Shown here one piece after another: positions 51,690-60,730 of a DNA stretch of 64,000 nucleotides (the first letter of the stretch is position 1; each line of letters opens with the position of its first letter). The position numbers and the translations under genes are program-made. The DNA lies in assembly GCA_965219455.1 (NCBI GenBank), contig OZ244744.1, positions 4,416,001-4,480,000 of the forward strand. The letters run 5' to 3'. This stretch comes from Candidatus Latescibacterota bacterium (GTDB lineage Bacteria > Latescibacterota > UBA2968 > GCA-2709665). A model generated the notes under the pieces. The model was not told the DNA's origin, did no database searches, and saw only the letters and a list, made by a program, of their open reading frames with translations.

Positions 51690-53306
51690 TTAATCTACCG
51701 ACTCACAACGTTTTCGAATTGTCACCAGGCCCAGGCCTTCGGTCTGCAGGGCTGCACGAAAGACACGGCGCATGCGAGCCTCCGGATCTGTTTCTTCTAC
51801 CGTCCAGACCGAGTCGACGCCGCAGGCCACCGCCACGTCGTTGATGCCTACGACCGGACCAGGTTTTCCGGCGATCCGGACGCCCCGATCGGGGGTGGGT
51901 TGGCCTCCGGTTGTGAGTGAGCCGGCGTTGTCGAGTACCACAAGCAGCAGGTTGGCGCCGGTTGATCTGGCGTGGATCAATGCGTTGACGCTGCTGTGGT
52001 AGAAAGCCGAGTCGCCGGTAATGGCCACAGCGCGTTCACGCACCCCGGCCTTCTGGAGTCCCAGAGCCGCGCCGATCGCGGACCCCATACACAGCTTGGT
52101 GTCGAGGTGTTTGGCGGCAATGACGACGCAGCCGGGATCGGCGGTGAGGTATGGGTTCTGACCCAAGGCAGCCGCTTCTTCGCGCAGGGCGGCGAGGATG
52201 TCATTGTACGGGCAGCCGGCGCAGTGTGACTTCCGGAATGGCTTTTCCTTTTGCCAACCCGCTTCGGTGAAAACCCGCTTCGGGGTCAGGTCGGGGAGAC
52301 AGGCCTTCAGCGCTTTCTGTATCTGCCATCGGAAGAGTTCACCTTCTCCCGGGACATGACCGCTGCGTTTGCCGATGACTCTCGGGGTGACGCCCGCGTC
52401 GTATCCGATGGTCTTGATGCTGTCTTCGAGATATGGGTCCACTTCTTCAAGTACCAGGACCTGCTTGCACTGTTTCAGGAAATTTGTGATCAGGCCCCCT
52501 GGGAGGGGATAGAGAGAGCCGAGTTTCAGGCGCCTGAGCTCCGAGGTATCCGCACCTTCAAGCGCGTCCTGAAGTTTGCTGTGGCCGAAACCGGATGCGA
52601 TCACCCCCAGTTCTCCGGCGCCCTCGATGCGGTTGAACGGGATTTTTTCGAATGTCTCCGAGATGGCCTGGAGCTTTCGATGGAGTCTTCGATGGTTGGG
52701 TATGCAGTTGGACAGGGACGAGATCCAGCGCATCGGTTCCCTGTCTGGCGCGAGTGCCGGCTGCGACGGGGGCCTGTTGATGGCCGGTTGGCCGGCTTCG
52801 CAGACGCTGAAACTCCGGGTGATGCGCAGGATGACGACCGTTCGGAACGACTCCGAGAAGTCGAAAGCCCAGCGCATCATTCGCCGGCCCTCCTCCGGGG
52901 TTGCGGGTTCCAGCATGGGGATTTCGGCAAGGGGGCCGAAAAAACGGCCGTCCTGCTCGTTCTGCGATCCCCAGGCGCCCGGGTCGTCGCCCAGAAGAAT
53001 CACCAGCCCGGCGTGCACGCCGGTCATGTTCAGAACCATGAGGGTGTCCAGCGCCACGTTCATGCCCACGCTTTTGGTGCACACGAGCACCCGTCGGCCA
53101 CCCTGGGAGACGCCCGCGGCAACGTCCAGGGCGATACGTTCGTTCAGACACCACTCGGCATCGTGGCCATATTCGGCTGCCGTGTCGGCGAGCGCGGTAA
53201 ACGTGCCTGTCCCGGGGGAACCGGGATATCCGGTAACGCAGCTGACACCGGCCTCGATCGCGCCCCAGGCTAGCGCCGTGTCTCCGTTGATTCGCAATGC
53301 ATTCAT
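51690..53306 (-). CDS. Indolepyruvate ferredoxin oxidoreductase alpha-like (TPP) protein lacking the ferredoxin domain
   Basis: GYPGSP, NE, KSVGMNVA, SQNEQD, CAGCP, GDSAFYHS..LDN. Confidence 0.85.
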   Translation of the reverse strand: MNALRINGDTALAWGAIEAGVSCVTGYPGSPGTGTFTALADTAAEYGHDAEWCLNERIALDVAAGVSQGGRRVLVCTKSVGMNVALDTLMVLNMTGVHAGLVILLGDDPGAWGSQNEQDGRFFGPLAEIPMLEPATPEEGRRMMRWAFDFSESFRTVVILRITRSFSVCEAGQPAINRPPSQPALAPDREPMRWISSLSNCIPNHRRLHRKLQAISETFEKIPFNRIEGAGELGVIASGFGHSKLQDALEGADTSELRRLKLGSLYPLPGGLITNFLKQCKQVLVLEEVDPYLEDSIKTIGYDAGVTPRVIGKRSGHVPGEGELFRWQIQKALKACLPDLTPKRVFTEAGWQKEKPFRKSHCAGCPYNDILAALREEAAALGQNPYLTADPGCVVIAAKHLDTKLCMGSAIGAALGLQKAGVRERAVAITGDSAFYHSSVNALIHARSTGANLLLVVLDNAGSLTTGGQPTPDRGVRIAGKPGPVVGINDVAVACGVDSVWTVEETDPEARMRRVFRAALQTEGLGLVTIRKRCESVD

Positions 53307-53351
53307 CCGGTCTCTCCATTGTGATTCGGCATTGTTGCAGTCGGAACAACG

Positions 53352-53380
53352 ATGGTACCCGTACATCCCGGGCTTGTCAA
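53352..53380 (-). promoter_or_regulatory. Sigma70-type promoter
   Basis: TTGACA, 17 nt spacer, TACCAT. Confidence 0.7.
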
Positions 53381-53436
53381 GCGGGAAAGGGAATGTGACG
53401 GGGTTACCGCAGTTCGAGGGCCGAAGGAACTGTGGC

Positions 53437-54813
53437 TCAGATCAATCCGATGACTCGCCAATAGAGGAAGTTGAGCGGTATAAGAAGCAGGAGCGAGACC
53501 AGCGCGAGGAGCACCATGAGGCGGATGAATTGGCCCATATGCACGTAGCGAAAGCTGTAGGCCAGGATGAATGGCGCTGCCTGGTATGGAAAGAAACCGC
53601 AACTGGCGACAATGGCCATACAGAGGGCGGCGGGAATCGGAGCCATGCCGGTCTGGGCGGCCACGTCAAGGAGTACCGGGGTGAGGATTGCGGCAACCGC
53701 AGCCGTATCCGCCAGAAAATTGAAGGGCAGAATGAAGGCGGAGAGCAGACCGAGTTGGGTGAACAGACTGCCATCGAAACGACCAAGCCAGTCCGTAAAC
53801 AGATCGGCGAGCAGGGGGCTGAAGCCCGTGGTTTCGAGGGCGTGTCCAACGGAGAACGCAGCGGCAATGTAGATGAGCAGGGGAAAGTTGATCTTTTTCA
53901 GAAGGTCAGGGTGCAGGGGTCCCCATCCGGGGAGATAGCAGGCCAGAACAAGCCCCAGACCCACGTAGGCTGGGTGGATGCCGTGTAGCGCGTCGGTCGC
54001 CCATAGCAATACCCCCGCGAGCAGGATGCAAAGGGTCTTTTTCTCTGCAGGCGTGACGCCGTCGGGGACGTCGGATTCGACGTCGAACTGCGCCTGAATG
54101 GGGGATTCCCCTCGCAGGGGCAATAACAGGCGGATCAGCAGGTAACAGCACGCGACCCGGCAGAGGGAGAAGATTGGAAAGAGATACAGCGTCCACTGGC
54201 CCCAGTAAACGGTGATGTCGCGGGATTCGAGAACGCCGAAGACGATCAGGCTGGGCACCGAAGCGGTAAGGACCCCGGTGCCGCCGTAGTAGGTAGAACA
54301 TGCCACAGAGAGAATCAGCGCCGCACTCACCCTGGATCCTGGCGGTTCGCCGAGCGTCCGGAGCAGGGTGATAATGAGGGGCATAAGGATCAGGATCCGC
54401 ACGACCCCCGAGGGGATGAGAAGCGCGGACAGCATGCCCAGGACGTGGAGTGCCAGGATGAGCCCGTTCAGGCTCCCGATGTGTCCCAGGACCAGGCGAG
54501 AGATCCGGGCGCCCAGCGGGGTTTCAGTAATGCCCAGGCTGAGCGCCATGCCGGCGAAGATGAGCCAGACGGTTTTGCTTGAGAAGGGCCCGAAGGCGGT
54601 TTCAAACGGGAGGACATCCAGGATGGGGAAGAGGACGATCAGCAGCAGCGAACTGTATTCGAGGGGGACGGGTTCGAAGGTCCACAGCACAATCGTGGCA
54701 AGAGAGAGCGCCAGCGCCAGGCGCGGCACGGTACCGATATCGCCCGGGTACAGAATGACGACCAGCGGCAGAAGGACGGCGAGAACAAGCCCGGCGGCGG
54801 TTTTTCGGGTCAT
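53437..54813 (-). CDS. SLC13/DASS family transporter
   Basis: Many TM helices, IPSGVVR, LTASVP, FFPYQAAP. Confidence 0.88.
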   Translation of the reverse strand: MTRKTAAGLVLAVLLPLVVILYPGDIGTVPRLALALSLATIVLWTFEPVPLEYSSLLLIVLFPILDVLPFETAFGPFSSKTVWLIFAGMALSLGITETPLGARISRLVLGHIGSLNGLILALHVLGMLSALLIPSGVVRILILMPLIITLLRTLGEPPGSRVSAALILSVACSTYYGGTGVLTASVPSLIVFGVLESRDITVYWGQWTLYLFPIFSLCRVACCYLLIRLLLPLRGESPIQAQFDVESDVPDGVTPAEKKTLCILLAGVLLWATDALHGIHPAYVGLGLVLACYLPGWGPLHPDLLKKINFPLLIYIAAAFSVGHALETTGFSPLLADLFTDWLGRFDGSLFTQLGLLSAFILPFNFLADTAAVAAILTPVLLDVAAQTGMAPIPAALCMAIVASCGFFPYQAAPFILAYSFRYVHMGQFIRLMVLLALVSLLLLIPLNFLYWRVIGLI

Positions 54814-54994
54814 AATAGGCGTGCCTTGATATTTCGTGCGAAAATGCAAGACGGAAAATAGACAAAAAACATAGAAAATGCAATGAAATTAACAGGTTAT
54901 GTGTGATCGAGTCTATTGACGCGAGATTCTGATTTTTCGTCCATGGTGTTCCGGAACGATAGCCGACGCACTTCGTTTCAGCCACACATGGAAC

Positions 54995-55023
54995 TTGACC
55001 GAATTTAACAAATATCGTAATCT
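54995..55023 (+). promoter_or_regulatory. Sigma70-type promoter for the large ncRNA
   Basis: TTGACC (54995-55000), 17 nt spacer, TAATCT (55018-55023); predicted +1 near 55030. Confidence 0.65.
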
Positions 55024-55029
55024 TCCTCT

Positions 55030-55700
55030 TTCGATCTTGATTGTGGGGTTCCCGGACGAAAATCAATTTGAAGAAACGGATTGTTAGCGAAGTAGGTTTT
55101 GGCTTGCTTGCGAATTTACCTGGATCCCGGCTGAGGGACCCTTCGCGGTGCAACACCCTATTGGACTTTGGATATCGGAAACCTCGAAATTAGCCAGCGT
55201 CGGCCCTCATGTAGTCAAACTGCGGGAAAGGATCAGGAAGTTCATTCCTAGAATTGACTACACCGCAGTCTTGGATATTTCGGACAGGCGCAGGCTTGCG
55301 GAGTTTCTCAATTGGGTACTGACGAACGACCGCGTTCGCAACGACGGAGCGGTATGCGTAAGGAACTCTCAAGCGACGGCATCATCAAATGGGAGGATCG
55401 GAACCAAGGGTTATGCGATCTCGTCCGATGCTGACCGTGTTTGCAGTCCAAGACCGCCCGTACCAAATTCGAGGAAACCCGTTATCTGTTCCTCAGCTGT
55501 CCGGCGACGTATGCGGCGGCAGCACGGTCCGACTCCAAATTGTGCCGGTTCTCTATCCGTGGCGCATACCAACCGTTTGCGCTTTAGTCTGACTCAGACC
55601 GCTGTCATGATCAGAATTTCTTGCGAGGTCGGATTGAAATATGGTTGATCGTCGCATTGGCAGGTGATGGCAAAGCGGTCTCCTTTATTTTGGATCGAGC
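55030..55700 (+). ncRNA. Large, highly structured non-coding RNA of unknown class
   Basis: More than ten complementary helix pairs, including paired ends, a pseudoknot and a kissing loop; wobbles read as G-U on the + strand; upstream promoter. Confidence 0.78.
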
Positions 55701-55854
55701 CCTCCCTTGCGGCACCGATCATCTATATTAGCAATTTACATAGAGCCCATCTCTTCAAGAAGTGAATAAAGTAATTCCCGTGAAAGTAGCGGAAAAGATC
55801 CGCCTCGATTTATTCGATTAAACATACGTAGATTCTAGCATTTAGAGAGGATGT

Positions 55855-57705
55855 GTGCCCGTGAGCAAGTTGAACCAAAAAATCGAAGCCAGAGATCGAA
55901 ATGTCCAGGAAGTACTCTATAAAAAAAAGTACACTGTTGACTATTTCCAGCGGGAGTTCAACTGGGAAGCCAAGCACATCGAGCAATTGGTCACAGATTT
56001 ATCGACGGCTTTTCTTAATGAATACACTCCTGGCGATACGCGAGAAAGTGGAGAGCAATACAATAATTATTATCTCGGTCCATTTGTCATCAGTGAGACC
56101 GAAGTAGCCCGCAGCATCATTGACGGCCAACAACGTCTGACGTCTCTCACGTTGTTGTTTATGTATCTAAATAACCTTCAAGGAGAATTCGGCATAAACG
56201 AAGACATCACGCCGATGTTGTTGTCCGAATATCGAGGTAAGGAGTCCTTCAATATTGACGTTAATGAGCGTACAGAGTGTCTGAAACAGTTGTACAATTG
56301 TGGCAAATACATCGCCAAAGACGATGATGATCCATCCACAATTAATATGGCAGAAAGATATATAGATATTGAGCACGCATTTCCGGAAGAACTCAAAGGT
56401 GATATCCTAAAGTCATTCATTGACTGGCTGAAATACAACGTCATATTGGTTGAGATCGTAGCATACTCAAATGACAACGCCTATATGATATTCGAAACTA
56501 TGAATGATCGCGGTTTGAATTTAACCCCTACCGAGATGTTAAAAGGCTTTGTTTTATCTCGCTTTAAAAATCCAATTAAAAGAGAAGCCGCCAATGAGTA
56601 TTGGAAGAAGGCCGTCCAGACGCTGAATAACTTCGATAAAGATGAGGATCAACGCTTCTTTCAAGCGTGGCTGCGAGGTCAAAATGCAGAATCTATACGC
56701 CAAGGACGTGCAGGATCACGAAATGAAGATTTCGAAAGGATCGGAACGCACTTTCATAGTTGGGTCCGCGACAATCTAACGAAGATGGATCTTCATCTCA
56801 AACCGTCGGACGGTTTCGAAAGGTTCGTCGACGTACGTCTGAAATTCTTCTTGAAGGCGTATTTGAGAATGTGCCACGGGAGAAATTCTCTATGCAAGGA
56901 GTTAGAACACATATACTATATCCACCAATGGGGAATTGCTCAATCACTAAGCTATCCACTGTTGCTTGCTCCGCTTTGTTTGAGTGACAGTGATCTGATG
57001 GTGGACATGAAAATGAACACCGTGGCGAAATATATCGAAGCCTTTGTTGTACGCCGTTCTGTGAATTTCCGCAAATTCGCGGCTAGTTCGATTCGCTATA
57101 CAATGTACTCACTGGTAAAGGAAATTCGCGGAAAGGACATTGGTGAGTTGCGATCTATTTTGGCAGATTCGCTGGACCAAATGGAAGAAAAACTCGAAGG
57201 AATGCCTTACTTTCGGTTACATGGACAAAATGGTCGATTTGTAAAATTCCTGTTGTCTCGAATTACAGCGTTTATAGAACAAGAAGCAGGCATGAACACT
57301 ACCTTTGAGACTTATTTTCGCAATCCCGTCGGCAAGCCATTTCAAATAGAACATATTTGGGCCGACAGGTTCGATAAACATCTTGATGAGTTCGAGCAGG
57401 AGACGGATTTTGACGAATTTAGGAATCGGATTGGTGGCTTAGTACTTCTACCTGAGGGAACCAATCAGTCGTTTAGCGCGAAACCCTACAATGAGAAATT
57501 GGAGCATTACATCAGAGAGAACCTTCTGGTACAATCACTCTGTGAATCGGCATACGTAAACAATCCCAATTTTCTATCGATGATTCCAATACTAGATTTG
57601 CCGTTTGAACCCCATACGCAATTCAAAAAGACCGATGTTGAGAAACGTCAAAAGCTGTATCAACGTATTTGTCAAGTCATTTGGGGTGAGTTTAACTCAA
57701 ACTAA
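55855..57705 (+). CDS. DUF262 + DUF1524 (HNH) protein, GmrSD/SspE-like
   Basis: FQREFNW, IIDGQQRLTSL, IFETMNDRG; C-terminal IEHIWA..IGGLVLL..N; start 55855 or 55861. Confidence 0.9.
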   Translation: MPVSKLNQKIEARDRNVQEVLYKKKYTVDYFQREFNWEAKHIEQLVTDLSTAFLNEYTPGDTRESGEQYNNYYLGPFVISETEVARSIIDGQQRLTSLTLLFMYLNNLQGEFGINEDITPMLLSEYRGKESFNIDVNERTECLKQLYNCGKYIAKDDDDPSTINMAERYIDIEHAFPEELKGDILKSFIDWLKYNVILVEIVAYSNDNAYMIFETMNDRGLNLTPTEMLKGFVLSRFKNPIKREAANEYWKKAVQTLNNFDKDEDQRFFQAWLRGQNAESIRQGRAGSRNEDFERIGTHFHSWVRDNLTKMDLHLKPSDGFERFVDVRLKFFLKAYLRMCHGRNSLCKELEHIYYIHQWGIAQSLSYPLLLAPLCLSDSDLMVDMKMNTVAKYIEAFVVRRSVNFRKFAASSIRYTMYSLVKEIRGKDIGELRSILADSLDQMEEKLEGMPYFRLHGQNGRFVKFLLSRITAFIEQEAGMNTTFETYFRNPVGKPFQIEHIWADRFDKHLDEFEQETDFDEFRNRIGGLVLLPEGTNQSFSAKPYNEKLEHYIRENLLVQSLCESAYVNNPNFLSMIPILDLPFEPHTQFKKTDVEKRQKLYQRICQVIWGEFNSN

Positions 57706-57835
57706 TTCAACAATAATCCTGGTGAGCATATTCACTTTGTTTACGGCAAATGTTCCGGGTTCTTAGTGGATCTCCAGCGCTAACACCTGATCGATAAGGT
57801 GTAACCCGTACACGCCTCCTACTGAACCGAGAGAT

Positions 57836-60688
57836 ATGACTCCGCAAGAATTCATAACCAAATGGCGGGACGTCGAACTGAAGGAACGCTCTGCCGCACA
57901 GGAGCACTTTATTGACGTGTGCCGCTTGGTCGGCGAGCCGACGCCGGTCGAGGCCGACCCTACGGGAGAGACGTTCTGCTTTGAGAAGGGTGCGTTCAAG
58001 GAAGCAGGCGGGGATGGCTGGGCCGACGTGTGGAAGCGACATTGCTTCGCTTGGGAGTATAAGGGTCGACACGCCGATTTGGACGCGGCTTTCACCCAGC
58101 TTCGGCAATACGCGCTGGCATTGGAGAACCCACCGCTGCTGATTGTCTCAGACATGAGTCGGTTCCGCATCCGTACCAATTGGACCAACTGTGTCAGCAA
58201 GACCTACGAATTCGCAATTGAGGACTTAACCGATGCCGCCGTCCGGGAAAAGCTCAAGTGGGCACTCACCGAACCTGAGCGGTTACGGCCCCACGAGACC
58301 AGGCACGCTCTAACCGAACGGGCGGCAACGGCGTTCGCATCGGTGGCGCAGGCCTTGCGCGAACGAGGCCATGATCCGCAGGCGGTTGCACATTTTATCA
58401 ATCGCCTGGTCTTCTGCATGTTCGCCGAAGATGTCGGGCTTCTACCGAAGGATCTCTTCACGCGTATGCTAGAACAGGCGCGGCGCCATCCGCAGCAGTT
58501 TGCCAACTGGGCGCGTGAGATATTCGGCGCTATGTCCACGGGAGGCTGGGTCGAGTATAAAGAGATTTTGTGGTTTAACGGTGGGTTGTTTGACGATAAT
58601 GCGGCGATATCACTGGAAAAGGTCGAAATTGAGACAGTCCGCCAGGCTGCGGCGCTGGAGTGGTCGGAAGTTGATCCTTCCATTTTGGGTACGCTGTTTG
58701 AGCGCGGCCTGGATCCCGACAAACGGGCGCAACTGGGAGCGCACTATACGGACCCTGACAAGATAATGCGCATCGTCGCGCCGACGATAATTCGACCGTG
58801 GCTGACAGAGTGGGAAAAGGAGAAAGAGGAGATCGCCGCCACGCTGAAACGAGCGGAGTCTGCCCGGTCTGCTCCTGTTCGAACTCGACTACGCCGTCAG
58901 GCCGAACGGCGCAAGGATACGTTTCTACAGCGGCTTCGCTCTTTCACCGTCCTTGACCCGGCCTGTGGATCCGGCAACTTTCTATACATCGCCTTGCAAG
59001 CAATAAAGGATTTGGAGCATACGGTGCAACTTGAGGCCGAGGCCTTTGAATTCCAACGCTCGTTTCCCGTGGTCGGCCCAGCCAACGTTAAAGGCATCGA
59101 AATCAATGCCTATGCCGCGGAGTTGGCACGGGTGTCAATTTGGATCGGCGAGATCCAATGGATGCGGCGCAACGGTTATGGCTGGGTGGAAAATCCGGTT
59201 CTTAAACCGCTCAATAACATCGAATGCCGCGACGCAATCCTCACCCCGGACGGGGATGAATCGGAATGGCCAGATTCCGATGTCATAATAGGTAACCCGC
59301 CGTTCCTGGGAGGAAAGTTTCTTATCTCGCACCTGAGTGAGGAATATGTGTCTCGGATGTTTGCGGCGTACGACGGCCGCGTACCGAGAGAAGCCGACCT
59401 TGTCTGCTACTGGTTTGAGAAGGCGGGTAAGCAGATCGCTTCCGGAACCTCCACGAGGGTCGGTCTCGTCGCCACCAACTCCATTCGGGGCGGCGCCAAC
59501 CGTCGTGCTCTGCGTGCCGCGACTGAGAAGGGGCGGATTTTCAATGCATGGAGTGACGAGCCGTGGGTTATTGACGGAGCGGCTGTTCGGGTGTCACTCA
59601 TTTGCTATTCACGGAATGACGGCAAGTTTGTCTCCGGCATCCGCCTTGACGGCGAAAACGTGGATGAGATCTTTACCGATCTTACGGCACGCGACGGTGG
59701 CAGCGGGATAGACGTCACAAAGGCCAGGCGTCTTATGGAGAACTCGAACGTCGCATTCATGGGTGACACTAAGGGCGGTCCCTTTGAGATCGGAGGCGAT
59801 CAAGCTCGTGAATGGCTCAAACTTCCAGCAAATCCGAATGGCCGCACGAATGCCGACGTATTGAAGCCGTGGATAAACGGAATGGATGTAACCAAGCGTT
59901 CCTCGGGGAAGTGGATCGTCGACTTCGGGTGGACGATGTCAGCCGCCGACGCTGCTTTATTCGAAGAGCCGTTCCGGTGGGTTCAGGAAAGAGTCTATCC
60001 GATGCGAAAGACAAATCGCCGAAAAGCCTATCGGGAGTATTGGTGGCGGCACGTTGAACCTAGACCAGGCATGTGGGCAGCGCTCGACGGCCTAACACGA
60101 TTTATCGCGACACCCACCGTCTCCAAGTACCGTCTGTTTGCCTGGCTGGACGTGCGAATTTGCCCGGATCATCAGCTAATTGCGATAGCGCGCGACGACG
60201 ACACGAGCTTTGGTATCCTCCACAGTCGGTTTCACGAATTATGGTCGCTACGGCAAGGAACCAGTTTGGAAGACCGGCCTCGCTATACACCCACCACTAC
60301 CTTCGAATCCTTCCCCTTCCCCGAGGGGCTTTCGCCCGACGTTGCCGCTTCTGAATACGCGAATGAACCGCGTGCAGTCGCCATCGCCGAAGCAGCGCGG
60401 CAATTAGTAGAACTCCGCGAACGATGGCTCAATCCTCCCGAATGGGTGGAATGGGTCGACGAGCCGGTTCCTGGTTATCCCAAACGCCCGGTACCGCGTG
60501 ACGAAGGCGCGGCCAATGAACTCAAGAAACGCACGTTGACCAATCTTTACAACGACCGACCCCAATGGCTTGCCGACGCTCATGCGGCGCTTGATACGGC
60601 AGTAGCCGCGGCATATGGCTGGCAAAACAATATTTCCAAAGAAGATGCACTACGAGAATTGCTAGCGTTGAACTTGGCAAGGACGTAA
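57836..60688 (+). CDS. MmeI-like (Type IIL/IIG) fused restriction endonuclease-adenine methyltransferase
   Basis: N-terminal ADVW..WEYK nuclease, LGAHYT, LDPACGSG, NPPF, C-terminal TRD. Confidence 0.9.
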   Translation: MTPQEFITKWRDVELKERSAAQEHFIDVCRLVGEPTPVEADPTGETFCFEKGAFKEAGGDGWADVWKRHCFAWEYKGRHADLDAAFTQLRQYALALENPPLLIVSDMSRFRIRTNWTNCVSKTYEFAIEDLTDAAVREKLKWALTEPERLRPHETRHALTERAATAFASVAQALRERGHDPQAVAHFINRLVFCMFAEDVGLLPKDLFTRMLEQARRHPQQFANWAREIFGAMSTGGWVEYKEILWFNGGLFDDNAAISLEKVEIETVRQAAALEWSEVDPSILGTLFERGLDPDKRAQLGAHYTDPDKIMRIVAPTIIRPWLTEWEKEKEEIAATLKRAESARSAPVRTRLRRQAERRKDTFLQRLRSFTVLDPACGSGNFLYIALQAIKDLEHTVQLEAEAFEFQRSFPVVGPANVKGIEINAYAAELARVSIWIGEIQWMRRNGYGWVENPVLKPLNNIECRDAILTPDGDESEWPDSDVIIGNPPFLGGKFLISHLSEEYVSRMFAAYDGRVPREADLVCYWFEKAGKQIASGTSTRVGLVATNSIRGGANRRALRAATEKGRIFNAWSDEPWVIDGAAVRVSLICYSRNDGKFVSGIRLDGENVDEIFTDLTARDGGSGIDVTKARRLMENSNVAFMGDTKGGPFEIGGDQAREWLKLPANPNGRTNADVLKPWINGMDVTKRSSGKWIVDFGWTMSAADAALFEEPFRWVQERVYPMRKTNRRKAYREYWWRHVEPRPGMWAALDGLTRFIATPTVSKYRLFAWLDVRICPDHQLIAIARDDDTSFGILHSRFHELWSLRQGTSLEDRPRYTPTTTFESFPFPEGLSPDVAASEYANEPRAVAIAEAARQLVELRERWLNPPEWVEWVDEPVPGYPKRPVPRDEGAANELKKRTLTNLYNDRPQWLADAHAALDTAVAAAYGWQNNISKEDALRELLALNLART

Positions 60689-60730
60689 CGATCACGGGCA
60701 GTTTTGAGCAAAACGAGGGCAGGGTCTGAA

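Noticed and set aside
55345-55380. Group II intron domain V (gagcggtatgcg...)
   Set aside because: Only the first ~12 nt resemble domain V; there is no complementary arm, domain VI, GUGYG start or reverse transcriptase
55148-55648. 166-aa ORF inside the large RNA
   Set aside because: No RBS and no recognisable motif; the region is better explained by dense base pairing
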